Source: an uncultured Chloroflexia bacterium (lineage in GTDB: Bacteria > Chloroflexota > Limnocylindria > Limnocylindrales > CSP1-4). From it: 64,000 nucleotides of DNA. Positions 9,485-18,242 of this stretch are shown one piece after another (the stretch's first letter is position 1; every line of letters begins with the position of its first letter). A model generated the notes under the pieces. The model saw only the letters and a program-made list of their open reading frames with translations, was not told the DNA's origin and made no database searches. The stretch is taken from assembly GCA_963713975.1 (NCBI GenBank), contig OY970218.1:672001-736000 (forward strand), read 5' to 3'. A program made the position numbers and the translations under genes.

Positions 9485-10540
9485 ATGCACCGCCTCGCAC
9501 CGGTCCTCGCGGCGATCGCCGTCCTGCTGACCGTGGTCGTCCTCGTGCAGCTCGTGGTCCGGTCCCAGACCGGGCCCCTGGCGCTGGTCAGCGTCGTCGA
9601 GGTCCACCTCCTGACCGTCGCCGCGATTGCGGCGGTCCTCGCCCTCCTCGGCACGCTGGGCGGTGATGCGGACCGGCGACGGACCAGGCTCGCCCTGCTC
9701 GCCGTCGTCGTGATCGCGTTCGTCCGTCTCGGTGGCGAGCTGTGGTCCCCGGCCGTGGAGGCGTCGGCAGCCACCCGGGGCGAGGCCACCGGCAGCGAGG
9801 CCTCCGAAGACCGGGGCGCCCCGTTCAAGCTCGATGTCCTGACCTGGAACCTGGAGCTGGGCTCAAAGTCGGACGCGGTGACCGTCGAGGGAATCACCTC
9901 GTCGGACCCGGACCTCGTCGTGCTCCAGGAACTGACGCCGGGCGCGGCCGCCGCCATCGAGGCCGACGACACGCTCCGGAGCCGCTACCCCTACCGCATT
10001 CTCGAACCACGGGACGGGGTCGACGGCATGGGCGTCCTCGCCCGGCTGCCGCTCCTCGTGCGCCAGTCGACGGCGAACCCCCTGATCCTGCGGGCCGGGC
10101 TGCTCCTGCCGGACGGGCGAGTGGTCGAGATCCTGGACGTGCATCCCTACCCGCCCGGGATCGAACGCACGCTCGGTGTGCCCACCGGCCTCGACACGCG
10201 CGGGCGAGAGACGGACCTCATGGCGATCCGGGCGGCAATCGACGACCTCGAGCTTCCCGGCTCGGCCCTCGTGGCGGGCGACTTCAACGCCGTCACGACG
10301 GAGCCCGGCATGGGGGTCTTCGACGATGGGTTGGCCGACGCCCACGCGACCGCCGGCAGCGGTCCCGGCTTCACCTGGCGGCCGAGCCGCCTCGAGGAGA
10401 CCGGCCTCGCTCTCCTGCGCATCGACCACGTCCTCGCGGGGGACTGGCTGCAGCCGGTGGCGGCGGCGACGGAGTGCTCGCTACCGGGCGATCACTGCCG
10501 CCTCCTGGTCACCCTGCGGGTGGAGTCCGTCGCGCCCTGA
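9485..10540 (+). CDS. Membrane-anchored endonuclease/exonuclease/phosphatase family protein
   Basis: 3 N-terminal TM helices; LTWNL, VLQE, AGDFNA, RIDHV, GDH motifs. Confidence 0.88.
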   Translation: MHRLAPVLAAIAVLLTVVVLVQLVVRSQTGPLALVSVVEVHLLTVAAIAAVLALLGTLGGDADRRRTRLALLAVVVIAFVRLGGELWSPAVEASAATRGEATGSEASEDRGAPFKLDVLTWNLELGSKSDAVTVEGITSSDPDLVVLQELTPGAAAAIEADDTLRSRYPYRILEPRDGVDGMGVLARLPLLVRQSTANPLILRAGLLLPDGRVVEILDVHPYPPGIERTLGVPTGLDTRGRETDLMAIRAAIDDLELPGSALVAGDFNAVTTEPGMGVFDDGLADAHATAGSGPGFTWRPSRLEETGLALLRIDHVLAGDWLQPVAAATECSLPGDHCRLLVTLRVESVAP

Positions 10541-10573
10541 CGGCCGTGCGTCCTGGCGCCAGCTCATCGCCAC

Positions 10574-10600
10574 GGGCCGGAGTTCCCATCGACGGATGGG
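10574..10600 (+). promoter_or_regulatory. Island motif copy 1 (CCCATC-GACG-GATGGG palindrome) overlapping a DosR-box-like GGGCCGGAGTTCCC
   Basis: Palindrome 10585-10600 upstream of the kinase; core CGACGGATGGG recurs at 13458, 14559 and 20717. Confidence 0.55.
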
Positions 10601-10693
10601 CCACACGGCCCTGACGCGATATCTATATCGTTCGGCACATTCGAGCCATGCACCACGAGGCGTCCCACCTGTTGAATACGGCTGCGTGATCCC

Positions 10694-12508
10694 ATGAGCG
10701 AGCCCCGCGGCCTGCGCGATCTCAACCGCCTCAAGTGGGTGACGATCGTGCTGCCCATCGTCTTCGTCTGGGGCTTCGAGCTCGTCCGCTTCTTCGTGCT
10801 CGACCGGCAGTTCACGTCGGACGAGTCCCACGTCGCCGCCGCGCTCGTGCTCGGTGCGGCCATCGTCTTCTTCGCGATGCTCGTCTCGGTCTACCTGGAC
10901 CGCGCCCAGCGACATCTCGTATCCCAGAACAGGGACCTCACGGCGACCCATGCCGTCAGCTCCGCGGTCCGCGGGGGCCTCGCGCTGGATGACCTCCTGG
11001 AGCAGTCCCTGGAACAGGTGATCACGCAGACCGGCGCCCTCGCAGGGATTGTCACGGTCGCGGCCACGGACGGCCAGCCGATCGTCCACCGCAGGCCGGC
11101 GATGCCCGCGCCGGGCCTCTCGTGGCTCAGCCCGGTCCTCGATGAGGCACCGGATCCGGTCGTGCAGGCGCCGCGCTACTCGCGCCGGACCGGGATCGAC
11201 ACCGGCATCCTCGACCTGCCACTGGTCCGCGGCAGCCGGAGGATCGGCCACCTTCGACTGGTCTTCCACCCGCCCGTCGAGCCCGACATCTCGGACGCCG
11301 CCCTGGCCGACATCGCGGGCGAGATCGCCGGCGCCGCGCAGTTGGGCGTGACGGTCGCAGACCTCCACCGGCGAGAGCAGGAGCGCGAGGCGCTGTACGC
11401 CGTCGCCCTCCAGCTGACCGGGCGCACGGACCTGCCCGACGTGCTCGACTCGATCACGCAGCACGCCCGAGACCTGCTGGGAGCCGAGCGGGCCGTCGCG
11501 TGCCTGAGCGACCGTCGCGACGCAGCCGCCTCGAGGCCGGGCGCGATGCGGGAGCGCCTGGCCATGGCCGACGACGGCAGCGTGTGCCTGGTGGCCCACG
11601 AGAACGCGGGCGCCAACCATCCGCACAACCCCCTGTGCCCGCTGATCAACCTCGTGCCGGATTCGGCCTGGGCCGCCCGCCCCATGCGCGGGCCGGACGG
11701 GATCCTGGGCGAGCTGTGCGTCGTGCGTGCCGGTCGCCCGTTCACGCCAGCCGAGAGAACCCTGCTGGGAGCCCTCGCCGACATGGCGACGATTGCCGTC
11801 CGCCAGGCCCGACTTCACGAGGCCGAGGAGCAGTGGACAATTCACGCCGAGCGCGATCGGATCGCTCGCGAGCTCCATGACAGCCTGGCGCAGGTGCTGG
11901 GTGTCATCCACCTCCAGCTCCGGTCCCTGGAGGCGCGGGCCAAGGACGAGGCCAGCCTGGGCATCGCGGACGAGCTGTCCGCCCTGGCCGAGACGGCCGA
12001 CGAGGCTTACAGCGACGTCCGCGAGGCGATTCTGGGCCTGCGCGAGACCGTCCGCGAGGACGACGGCCTCGAAGGGTCGCTGCGGGAATACCTGCGCAAG
12101 TACAGCCGCCAGACCGGGATCGCAGCCGGCCTGACCTGCAACGGCGACACGCGGCGGGCGCTGAGCCCGCGCTCTGAGGTGCAGCTGCTGCGTGTCGTCC
12201 AGGAGGCCCTGACCAACACCCGCAAGCATGCCGGCGCGGGCCGGGTCGCCGTGACGATCGACTGCCGCGGGCCCGGGGTCACGCTCACGATCGAGGACGA
12301 TGGCGTAGGCTTCGATCCTTCGATCGTCGCCGGCTCCATGGAGGGAGGCTTTGGCCTTGCCTCGATGCGCGAACGCGTGGAGGCGATCGGCGGCAGCCTC
12401 GACGTGCAGACTGCCGCGAACCAGGGAACGACGATCATCGTCCGACTCGCCGTTGAGGACACCGTTGGGACACCTTCCGCCGAAGCTCCGGGTGCTGCTC
12501 GTCGATGA
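10694..12508 (+). CDS. GAF-domain sensor histidine kinase (HisKA_3, NarX/DosS-like)
   Basis: 2 TM; ERDRIARELHDSLAQ; QEALTNTRKHA; EDDGVGF; GFGLASMRER. Confidence 0.93.
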   Translation: MSEPRGLRDLNRLKWVTIVLPIVFVWGFELVRFFVLDRQFTSDESHVAAALVLGAAIVFFAMLVSVYLDRAQRHLVSQNRDLTATHAVSSAVRGGLALDDLLEQSLEQVITQTGALAGIVTVAATDGQPIVHRRPAMPAPGLSWLSPVLDEAPDPVVQAPRYSRRTGIDTGILDLPLVRGSRRIGHLRLVFHPPVEPDISDAALADIAGEIAGAAQLGVTVADLHRREQEREALYAVALQLTGRTDLPDVLDSITQHARDLLGAERAVACLSDRRDAAASRPGAMRERLAMADDGSVCLVAHENAGANHPHNPLCPLINLVPDSAWAARPMRGPDGILGELCVVRAGRPFTPAERTLLGALADMATIAVRQARLHEAEEQWTIHAERDRIARELHDSLAQVLGVIHLQLRSLEARAKDEASLGIADELSALAETADEAYSDVREAILGLRETVREDDGLEGSLREYLRKYSRQTGIAAGLTCNGDTRRALSPRSEVQLLRVVQEALTNTRKHAGAGRVAVTIDCRGPGVTLTIEDDGVGFDPSIVAGSMEGGFGLASMRERVEAIGGSLDVQTAANQGTTIIVRLAVEDTVGTPSAEAPGAARR

Positions 12509-13160
12509 CCAGCCGCTGTTCCGCAGGGCCCTCGCGACGCTGATCAGCGCCCAGTTCGACATGACGGTCGTCGGCGAGGGCGAGAACGGCTGCGACGCGC
12601 TCGAGAAGGTACGCGCCCTCCGGCCGGACCTCGTCGTCATGGACGTCAACATGCCGGTCGCCTCCGGGCCTGACGGCGTGCATGCCATCCGGTCGGCCGG
12701 CTTCACCACCCCGATCGTGATGCTCACGGTGTCCGAGGACGACGACGACCTGTTCGAGTCGATCAAGGCCGGCGCCAACGGCTACCTGCTCAAGAACGTG
12801 CGCCCCGAGCAGCTGTTCGAGGACATGCGCGGCGTCATGCGCGGCGAGGCCCCCATCGCCCCTGCCGTTGCCAGCAAGCTCCTCGAGGCACTGCGGACCG
12901 GCGGCATCCCCCCGCGGGGACAGGCCCAGGCGCCTGCGCCCGAGGACTCCGTGCTCACCCGGCGCGAGTCCGAGGTCCTCCAGCTCGTGGCCAGCGGGAT
13001 GTCCAACAAGGAGATCGCAAACGAGCTCACGATCACCGAGGGCACCGTCAAGAACCACGTCCACAACGCCCTCGAGAAGCTCCACCTGACCAACCGTGTG
13101 CAGGCCGCGGCCTACGCGGTCCGCCAGGGCTACGCGACCCCGGAGCCTCCTCGGGACTGA
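12465..13160 (+). CDS. NarL/LuxR-family response regulator
   Basis: VLLVDD, MDVNMP, MLTVS, YLLK, LTRRESEVL...SNKEIA...TVKNHV; TTG start after GAGGA. Confidence 0.95.
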   Translation: MGHLPPKLRVLLVDDQPLFRRALATLISAQFDMTVVGEGENGCDALEKVRALRPDLVVMDVNMPVASGPDGVHAIRSAGFTTPIVMLTVSEDDDDLFESIKAGANGYLLKNVRPEQLFEDMRGVMRGEAPIAPAVASKLLEALRTGGIPPRGQAQAPAPEDSVLTRRESEVLQLVASGMSNKEIANELTITEGTVKNHVHNALEKLHLTNRVQAAAYAVRQGYATPEPPRD

Positions 13161-13457
13161 GGTCGGCTGGCTGGCTGGCGGCGGGTGCGTCCCTGATCCC
13201 TACGTGGTTCAGCCCACGCTCCCAGCCGTCGCAGCGATGCGGCTATGGATCGGATCGGCGGTCGGCGAGCGTGGCGGCGTGCGCCAACGTTCACATCCGG
13301 CTCTCCGCCACGCTGCGAGGTCCCGCCGCTGATGCCCACGCGACTCGTCGACAGGTTCGCTGGCCGGTCCCGGGGCCGAAGCGGCCACGCGAGCGCCGCG
13401 CCGGCCGCCGCCACCCCCCCTTCGGATACAGGCCCGCCTCGGCGAATGTGTGCCGGG

Positions 13458-13493
13458 CGACGGATTGGACCCCGGCCCGCTGGCGCCTAGCAT
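13458..13493 (+). promoter_or_regulatory. Sigma70-like promoter TTGGAC-17-TAGCAT overlapped by island motif copy 2 (CGACGGATTGG)
   Basis: -35 at 13465-70, -10 at 13488-93, exact 17-nt spacer. Confidence 0.65.
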
Positions 13494-13539
13494 CAAGGCA
13501 CGGGTCGTGCCATGCAATTCGCGGAGAGGTGGGAGACCG

Positions 13540-13929
13540 TTGTCACCTGAACCCGTCAGGGTCCTCGTGCTCTACAGCCATCCCCTCATGGGGGCGGGCC
13601 TGCAGGGGATGCTCGCGGACGAGCCCGGCGTGATCGTCGAGGCCGTGGACGTCTCCGAGGAGGCCGCCGTCGCCATCGCCCTCGCGACCGAGCCCAACGT
13701 GATCGTGCTCGAGGAGGGCGGAGCAGTCGACGCCGCCGAGGTCGTCCGCCGGTCCCGCTGCCCGCTCGTGCTGGACGTGGACATCACCACCACCAGCGCC
13801 TGGACGCTCCGGCGGGAGGCCCTGTCCACCCGTCCGGACGATTTCCTGGCCGCCATCCGCCAGGCCGTGGCGCGACCGGCGCGACACGAGGAGGACCCAT
13901 CCCTGCAGGTGGCCCCGGTTCCGGGTTAG
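13540..13929 (+). CDS. Degenerate receiver (pseudo-REC) domain protein
   Basis: VRVLVLYSHPLMGAGLQGML...PNVIVLE echoes the NarL REC fold (VLLVDDHPL...PDVVLMD) without the acidic pocket; TTG start after GGAG. Confidence 0.6.
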   Translation: MSPEPVRVLVLYSHPLMGAGLQGMLADEPGVIVEAVDVSEEAAVAIALATEPNVIVLEEGGAVDAAEVVRRSRCPLVLDVDITTTSAWTLRREALSTRPDDFLAAIRQAVARPARHEEDPSLQVAPVPG

Positions 13930-13939
13930 CCTCCCCTGC

Positions 13940-14461
13940 ATGGGCAACCCTCCCCGCCGGCCCGATCCAGGCCAGGGATTTGATCCACGCGCCACGCCGC
14001 TTCCTCGTCGCCGCATGCTCGTGCTCATGGGCGTGGGGACGCTCGCTGCCTCGGGCGGCCTGGGTGCGCTCCTCGCCGGCTGCGCCGGGCCGCCCGTGAC
14101 GGTCACCCTCGATGTGGATCCGGAGTCCCTGACGGTGGGGCTCCCAACCGAGGTCCCGTTCACCCTGGCCCAGGGCGACTCGACCACGCCTGGTTCCACC
14201 TGGCTGGTCAGGAAGGCGAACGGGGACCTCATCTCGTACGACCCCCGTTGCACCCACGGCCTGTGCCGCTACAACTGGTACGAGACCGGGGCCCGCTTCA
14301 AGTGTCAATGCCACGAGGGCGAGTTCGCGCTGGACGGCGCCGTGTTGTCCGGTCCGCCACCGAGGCCCCTGGAGCGGTGGCCGGTGCGCGTGGTCGGCGA
14401 CACCATCGAGATCGACGTGCCCGGCGACTTCCGCACGCCCAAGGAGTCCCTCCCGGCCTGA
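13940..14461 (+). CDS. Rieske 2Fe-2S protein with twin-arginine signal and lipobox
   Basis: PRRRMLV...LLAGC; CTHGLC and CQCHEG; GPPPRPL. Confidence 0.9.
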   Translation: MGNPPRRPDPGQGFDPRATPLPRRRMLVLMGVGTLAASGGLGALLAGCAGPPVTVTLDVDPESLTVGLPTEVPFTLAQGDSTTPGSTWLVRKANGDLISYDPRCTHGLCRYNWYETGARFKCQCHEGEFALDGAVLSGPPPRPLERWPVRVVGDTIEIDVPGDFRTPKESLPA

Positions 14462-14558
14462 GCGGGACCTCTGGCCCATCCATCCGGGCCCTCGACTGCC
14501 GCAGGATAGAGATCTTGCGGTGCGCACTGGCACCGCCCTGTATCCGACTTCTATCCCT

Positions 14559-14594
14559 CGACGGATGGGAACGAGCCCGCGCGCACGCGATCAT
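14559..14594 (+). promoter_or_regulatory. Island motif copy 3 (CGACGGATGGG) with -10-like GATCAT 30 nt downstream of motif start
   Basis: Same geometry as the 13458 and 20717 copies. Confidence 0.5.
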
Positions 14595-14648
14595 TGGCGA
14601 CAGGCCGGTCCGTCCGAATCCGCCGGCCGTGGAGTGAAGGTGCCAAGA

Positions 14649-15632
14649 ATGTCCCGGGTCACGTCCCTGACCAACATGCCGGAAGCGCAGCTGAACCGCT
14701 GGATCAGGCGGATCGCGCTCCTGTTCGTGGTCGTCCTCATCGCATTCGTCGCGTTCTACGCCATAGACCGCTTCCGTGCCCCAACCGCCCCGATCCTGGA
14801 TCGGGAGCTGGCCGCGCTCGAGGAGGCTGTCCGGACCGACCCCACCGACCTCGCATCGCGGGGCAGGCTCGCAGACCTCTACCTGGCGTCGAGCCGCTAC
14901 GACGAGGCCATCGCCCAGTACACCGAGATCATCGGGACCGGGAAGCAGGACGAGGCCGGATACGTGAGCCGCGGACGGGCCTACGAGATCAAGGGAGACC
15001 TGGACGCGGCCGCGGCCGACTACGCGAAGGTCGTCGAGATCGCATCGCCCAATGAGATGGCCAACGTGGACCCGATGCTGCAGACGTCGTACTACGGGCT
15101 CGGCGCCATCGCCCTGCAGCAGGAGAAGCCAACCGAGGCGATCGACAACCTGCTGAAGGCGCTGGCCATCAAGCGGACCGATGCCGACGCGATGAACCTG
15201 CTGGGCGCGGCCTACGTGAAGGCGGGCACGCCCGAGAAGGCGCTCCAGCCCCTCCGCCAGGCCGTCCTGTTCGTGCCGATCGGCTGGCCGGACCCGTACC
15301 AGTCGCTCGCCGCCGCGTATACGGCGACCGGCGACACCGACCTGGCCGAGTGGGCCAATGCGATGGTCGCCGGGCAGACGGGTGACGTCGCCGGTGCCGT
15401 CGAGCGCCTCGAGGCGATCGCGGACGGCGAGGCAGCGCTCGACGCGCGCATCGGCCTCGGGCTCCTTGCGGAGAGCGAGGGCGAGGGCACGACGGCCGCC
15501 ACCTGGTACCGCAAGGCTCTCGAGCTCGACGCCGAGAGCAAGCCCGCGCAGCTCGGCCTGAGCCGCGTATCCGACGGCACGCAGGCCCACCCCGACATCG
15601 CACCGTCGGCCAGCCCCGAAGGAAGCAACTGA
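14649..15632 (+). CDS. Membrane-anchored TPR protein
   Basis: N-terminal TM followed by multiple TPRs (LADLYL...YDEAIAQY; YYGLG...EAIDNL.KAL; WYRKALELD). Confidence 0.88.
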   Translation: MSRVTSLTNMPEAQLNRWIRRIALLFVVVLIAFVAFYAIDRFRAPTAPILDRELAALEEAVRTDPTDLASRGRLADLYLASSRYDEAIAQYTEIIGTGKQDEAGYVSRGRAYEIKGDLDAAAADYAKVVEIASPNEMANVDPMLQTSYYGLGAIALQQEKPTEAIDNLLKALAIKRTDADAMNLLGAAYVKAGTPEKALQPLRQAVLFVPIGWPDPYQSLAAAYTATGDTDLAEWANAMVAGQTGDVAGAVERLEAIADGEAALDARIGLGLLAESEGEGTTAATWYRKALELDAESKPAQLGLSRVSDGTQAHPDIAPSASPEGSN

Positions 15633-16714
15633 TGACCGCGTCCCCCTCCGCGGCCCAGCCAGTGGCGGGCTCGCAACCAATTCCTGAAGGTGACGGACTG
15701 CCGCCCAATGGCCTCACGCCAACGGACGCCGAGGAGGTCCCCCCGGAGAACCGGCGGCGGAAGCTGCTGCTGCTCCTGCTGCTGCTGGGGGCATTCATCG
15801 CCCTGCTCGGCCTGGCGATCTGGTACCTGCTGTTCCGCCAGCCCATCCCGGTCCCGATGATCCCCGGCCAGGCCGTCATGCCCAGCTACGTTACGTCGAT
15901 CTATGGCGCGTCTCGCCCGATGAGCGTCGCCACCACCGGCGCCGGCGAGCGCGTGTACATCGGCGAGACGTCCGGCGAGCAGACGGCCAAGCTGTTCGAT
16001 GCCCAGGGCAACCAGGTGGCGGCCCTGGTGCCGCCCCTGTCCACCGGCGCCGATCACGTGCCGGTCTACGTGGCGGTCAACCCGACCAACGGAGAGGTCT
16101 ACGTCTCCGACCGACCCACGGCCACCATCTACATCTACGATGCGGCGGGAACGTACCTGCGGGCGTTCCCGACGCCCTCCGGTACCGACGGCTGGCAGCC
16201 GTTGGGCGTGGGGTTCGACCCGGCCGGCAACATGTTCGTCACCGACATCGGCTCCACCCCGCAGGTCATCCGCGAGTTCGATCCGACCGGCCAGCAGATC
16301 CGGATCTTCGGTGAGGACGCCGGCCTAAGCTTTCCCAACGGGGTCGCCGTCGACGACGCCGGCTATGCGTACGTGACCGACAGCAACAACGGTCGCCTGC
16401 TCGTCTTCGCGCCGGACGGGAGCGTCGTCGCCACCGTCAGCCGCGGCAGCGGCTCGGGCAACCTCGGCCTGCCACGCGGGGTTGCCGTCGATGGCCAGGG
16501 TCGCGTGTACGTCGTGGACACGAGCGGCCAGGGGGTCTTCGTGTACGGACAGTACAAGGAAGGCGCGGACGGCCTCGAATTCCTGGGCTCCTTCGGATCA
16601 CAAGGTGTCTCCGACGGAGCGTTTTCCTACCCCAACGGCATCTCGGTGGACGACCGGGGGCGGCTCTACGTCGCCGACTCGGGCAACGACCGGGTGCAGT
16701 TGTGGAGCTACTGA
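15632..16714 (+). CDS. Membrane-anchored NHL-repeat beta-propeller protein
   Basis: FPNGVAVDD..YAYVTDSNNGR, LPRGVAVD..VYVVD, YPNGISVD..LYVADSGNDRVQ. Confidence 0.92.
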   Translation: MTASPSAAQPVAGSQPIPEGDGLPPNGLTPTDAEEVPPENRRRKLLLLLLLLGAFIALLGLAIWYLLFRQPIPVPMIPGQAVMPSYVTSIYGASRPMSVATTGAGERVYIGETSGEQTAKLFDAQGNQVAALVPPLSTGADHVPVYVAVNPTNGEVYVSDRPTATIYIYDAAGTYLRAFPTPSGTDGWQPLGVGFDPAGNMFVTDIGSTPQVIREFDPTGQQIRIFGEDAGLSFPNGVAVDDAGYAYVTDSNNGRLLVFAPDGSVVATVSRGSGSGNLGLPRGVAVDGQGRVYVVDTSGQGVFVYGQYKEGADGLEFLGSFGSQGVSDGAFSYPNGISVDDRGRLYVADSGNDRVQLWSY

Positions 16715-16819
16715 TCTGAGGCCAACAAGGGAGGTGTGAACCGAGGCTCCTGCGTCGCCGCCCGGACAGGCGGCCCATGTCCAAGTCCACGTAGCACAGA
16801 GAAAGGAGGTGAGGACAGT

Positions 16820-18040
16820 TTGAAAAGACTCATGCTGCTGATCGCGGCTGGAAGTCTCTGGCTGTTCCTTGCCGCGGTCCCCGTCTTTGCCGACGGCGGC
16901 CCGCATGTTGCTGCGGTGAACAGCGGCGTCAACGGCGTGAATGCCGACAGTTGCGCCGGCTGCCACCAAGCCCACCGCGCGCAGGGCGAGTTCCTTCTCA
17001 TCGAGGAGTCGGGAACCGCACTGTGCCTCAGCTGCCACGGCGCCACGGGCCTCGGCGCGACAACAGATGTCGAGTCGGGCGTCCAGTACGCGCTGGGCAC
17101 CACCGACGTTCGCGGGGGAGCCGTCCTCGGCTATCTCCGTGGCGGCGGCTTCGTGAATGCCCGGATCGGCTCTGCCGAGACGGTCCGCATCGCGTACTAC
17201 CGGACAGCTACCGCCATCAGCCAGAACGCCAAGGTCCCGGTCCGAACGGCCGGTTCTCAGGCGGTCACCTCCGCCCACCTGCCGAACACCAACGGCGTGG
17301 TCGGAGCGGCCGACGGCGTTGCCTGGGGCAACGGCCCCAACTCCCTGACGGCGTACGCCGGGCCCGAGGTTGACCTCGAGTGCGGCACGTGCCACAACCC
17401 GCACGGCAACGGCCAGTATCGGATTCTCAATCCGATCCCGGCTCCGGCGGCAACGAGCACGGACGTCTTCGTTCCGGCGGCTGCCGGCGTTTCCGTCACC
17501 GACGCGGCGCTCCCGCCCGCCGGCGACACCCGCAACTACTCCATCATCCAGACCAACGGCGGCGCCGGCACGCTCCTCGCGAGCCAGGTGAGCGCTCTCG
17601 CCCTGCCGGCGACGGCAGGCGACTACTTCCGGCGCAAGGTTCCGTGGAACGGCACAGCCGGCACGTCCAACGACGCGCCGAACGGCATCTCCGCGTCCTT
17701 CGCCACGCAGATCTCGACCTGGTGCACCACGTGCCACAGCCGGTATCTGAGCCAGGGGTGGGACGTCGAGGAAGCGGACGCGATCTTCAAGTATCGCCAT
17801 ACTTCCATCAACGCGTCGCGGAACTGCATCACGTGCCACGTGTCGCATGGCTCCAACGCGCAGATGACGGGCACCTACTCCGCGAACATGGAGAACCCGG
17901 GCGGGGCCGTGGCCCCGGTCGGCGACAGCCGCCTCCTCAAGATCGACAACCGTGGCACCTGCCAGGCTTGTCACGATCCCACGGGGACGATCATCCCGCC
18001 GACGCAGGTCGGCCCGACGCCGAACCCGGTTCTTCCGTAA
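16820..18040 (+). CDS. Secreted hexaheme c-type cytochrome, OmcS/CwcA-like architecture
   Basis: TTG after AAAGGAGGTGA; Sec signal ending VFA; six CxxCH (CAGCH, CLSCH, CGTCH, CTTCH, CITCH, CQACH). Confidence 0.88.
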   Translation: MKRLMLLIAAGSLWLFLAAVPVFADGGPHVAAVNSGVNGVNADSCAGCHQAHRAQGEFLLIEESGTALCLSCHGATGLGATTDVESGVQYALGTTDVRGGAVLGYLRGGGFVNARIGSAETVRIAYYRTATAISQNAKVPVRTAGSQAVTSAHLPNTNGVVGAADGVAWGNGPNSLTAYAGPEVDLECGTCHNPHGNGQYRILNPIPAPAATSTDVFVPAAAGVSVTDAALPPAGDTRNYSIIQTNGGAGTLLASQVSALALPATAGDYFRRKVPWNGTAGTSNDAPNGISASFATQISTWCTTCHSRYLSQGWDVEEADAIFKYRHTSINASRNCITCHVSHGSNAQMTGTYSANMENPGGAVAPVGDSRLLKIDNRGTCQACHDPTGTIIPPTQVGPTPNPVLP

Positions 18041-18242
18041 CTGCACCAAAGCGCGTGGTGGCCGGCGACGAGCGTCCCGGCCACCCGCAACCTCCCAGGG
18101 GCGTGCGCTCCGCCGACGGGTCGTCAACGATCGCTTGACGCCTCCTCCGCGCAGCTCCCGCCACGTCACACTGCAGGATCGATCGGTCAGCCTCCGCCAC
18201 GGGTGAACGTCCAACACTCGCCATGACGAACAACGCGCCAGC

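Noticed and set aside
13161-13420. Hairpin-rich intergenic stretch or small ORFs after the response regulator
   Set aside because: Stems such as AGCGTGGCGG/CCGCCACGCT are plausible by chance at this GC content; ORFs lack motifs and an RBS.
13441-13515. tRNA-like T-arm on the minus strand (GGGGTCCAATCC...CCCGGCA)
   Set aside because: No matching acceptor stem or D-arm; better explained as the plus-strand promoter.
16715-16819. c-di-GMP riboswitch, as found before some Geobacter cytochrome genes
   Set aside because: No GEMM consensus visible.
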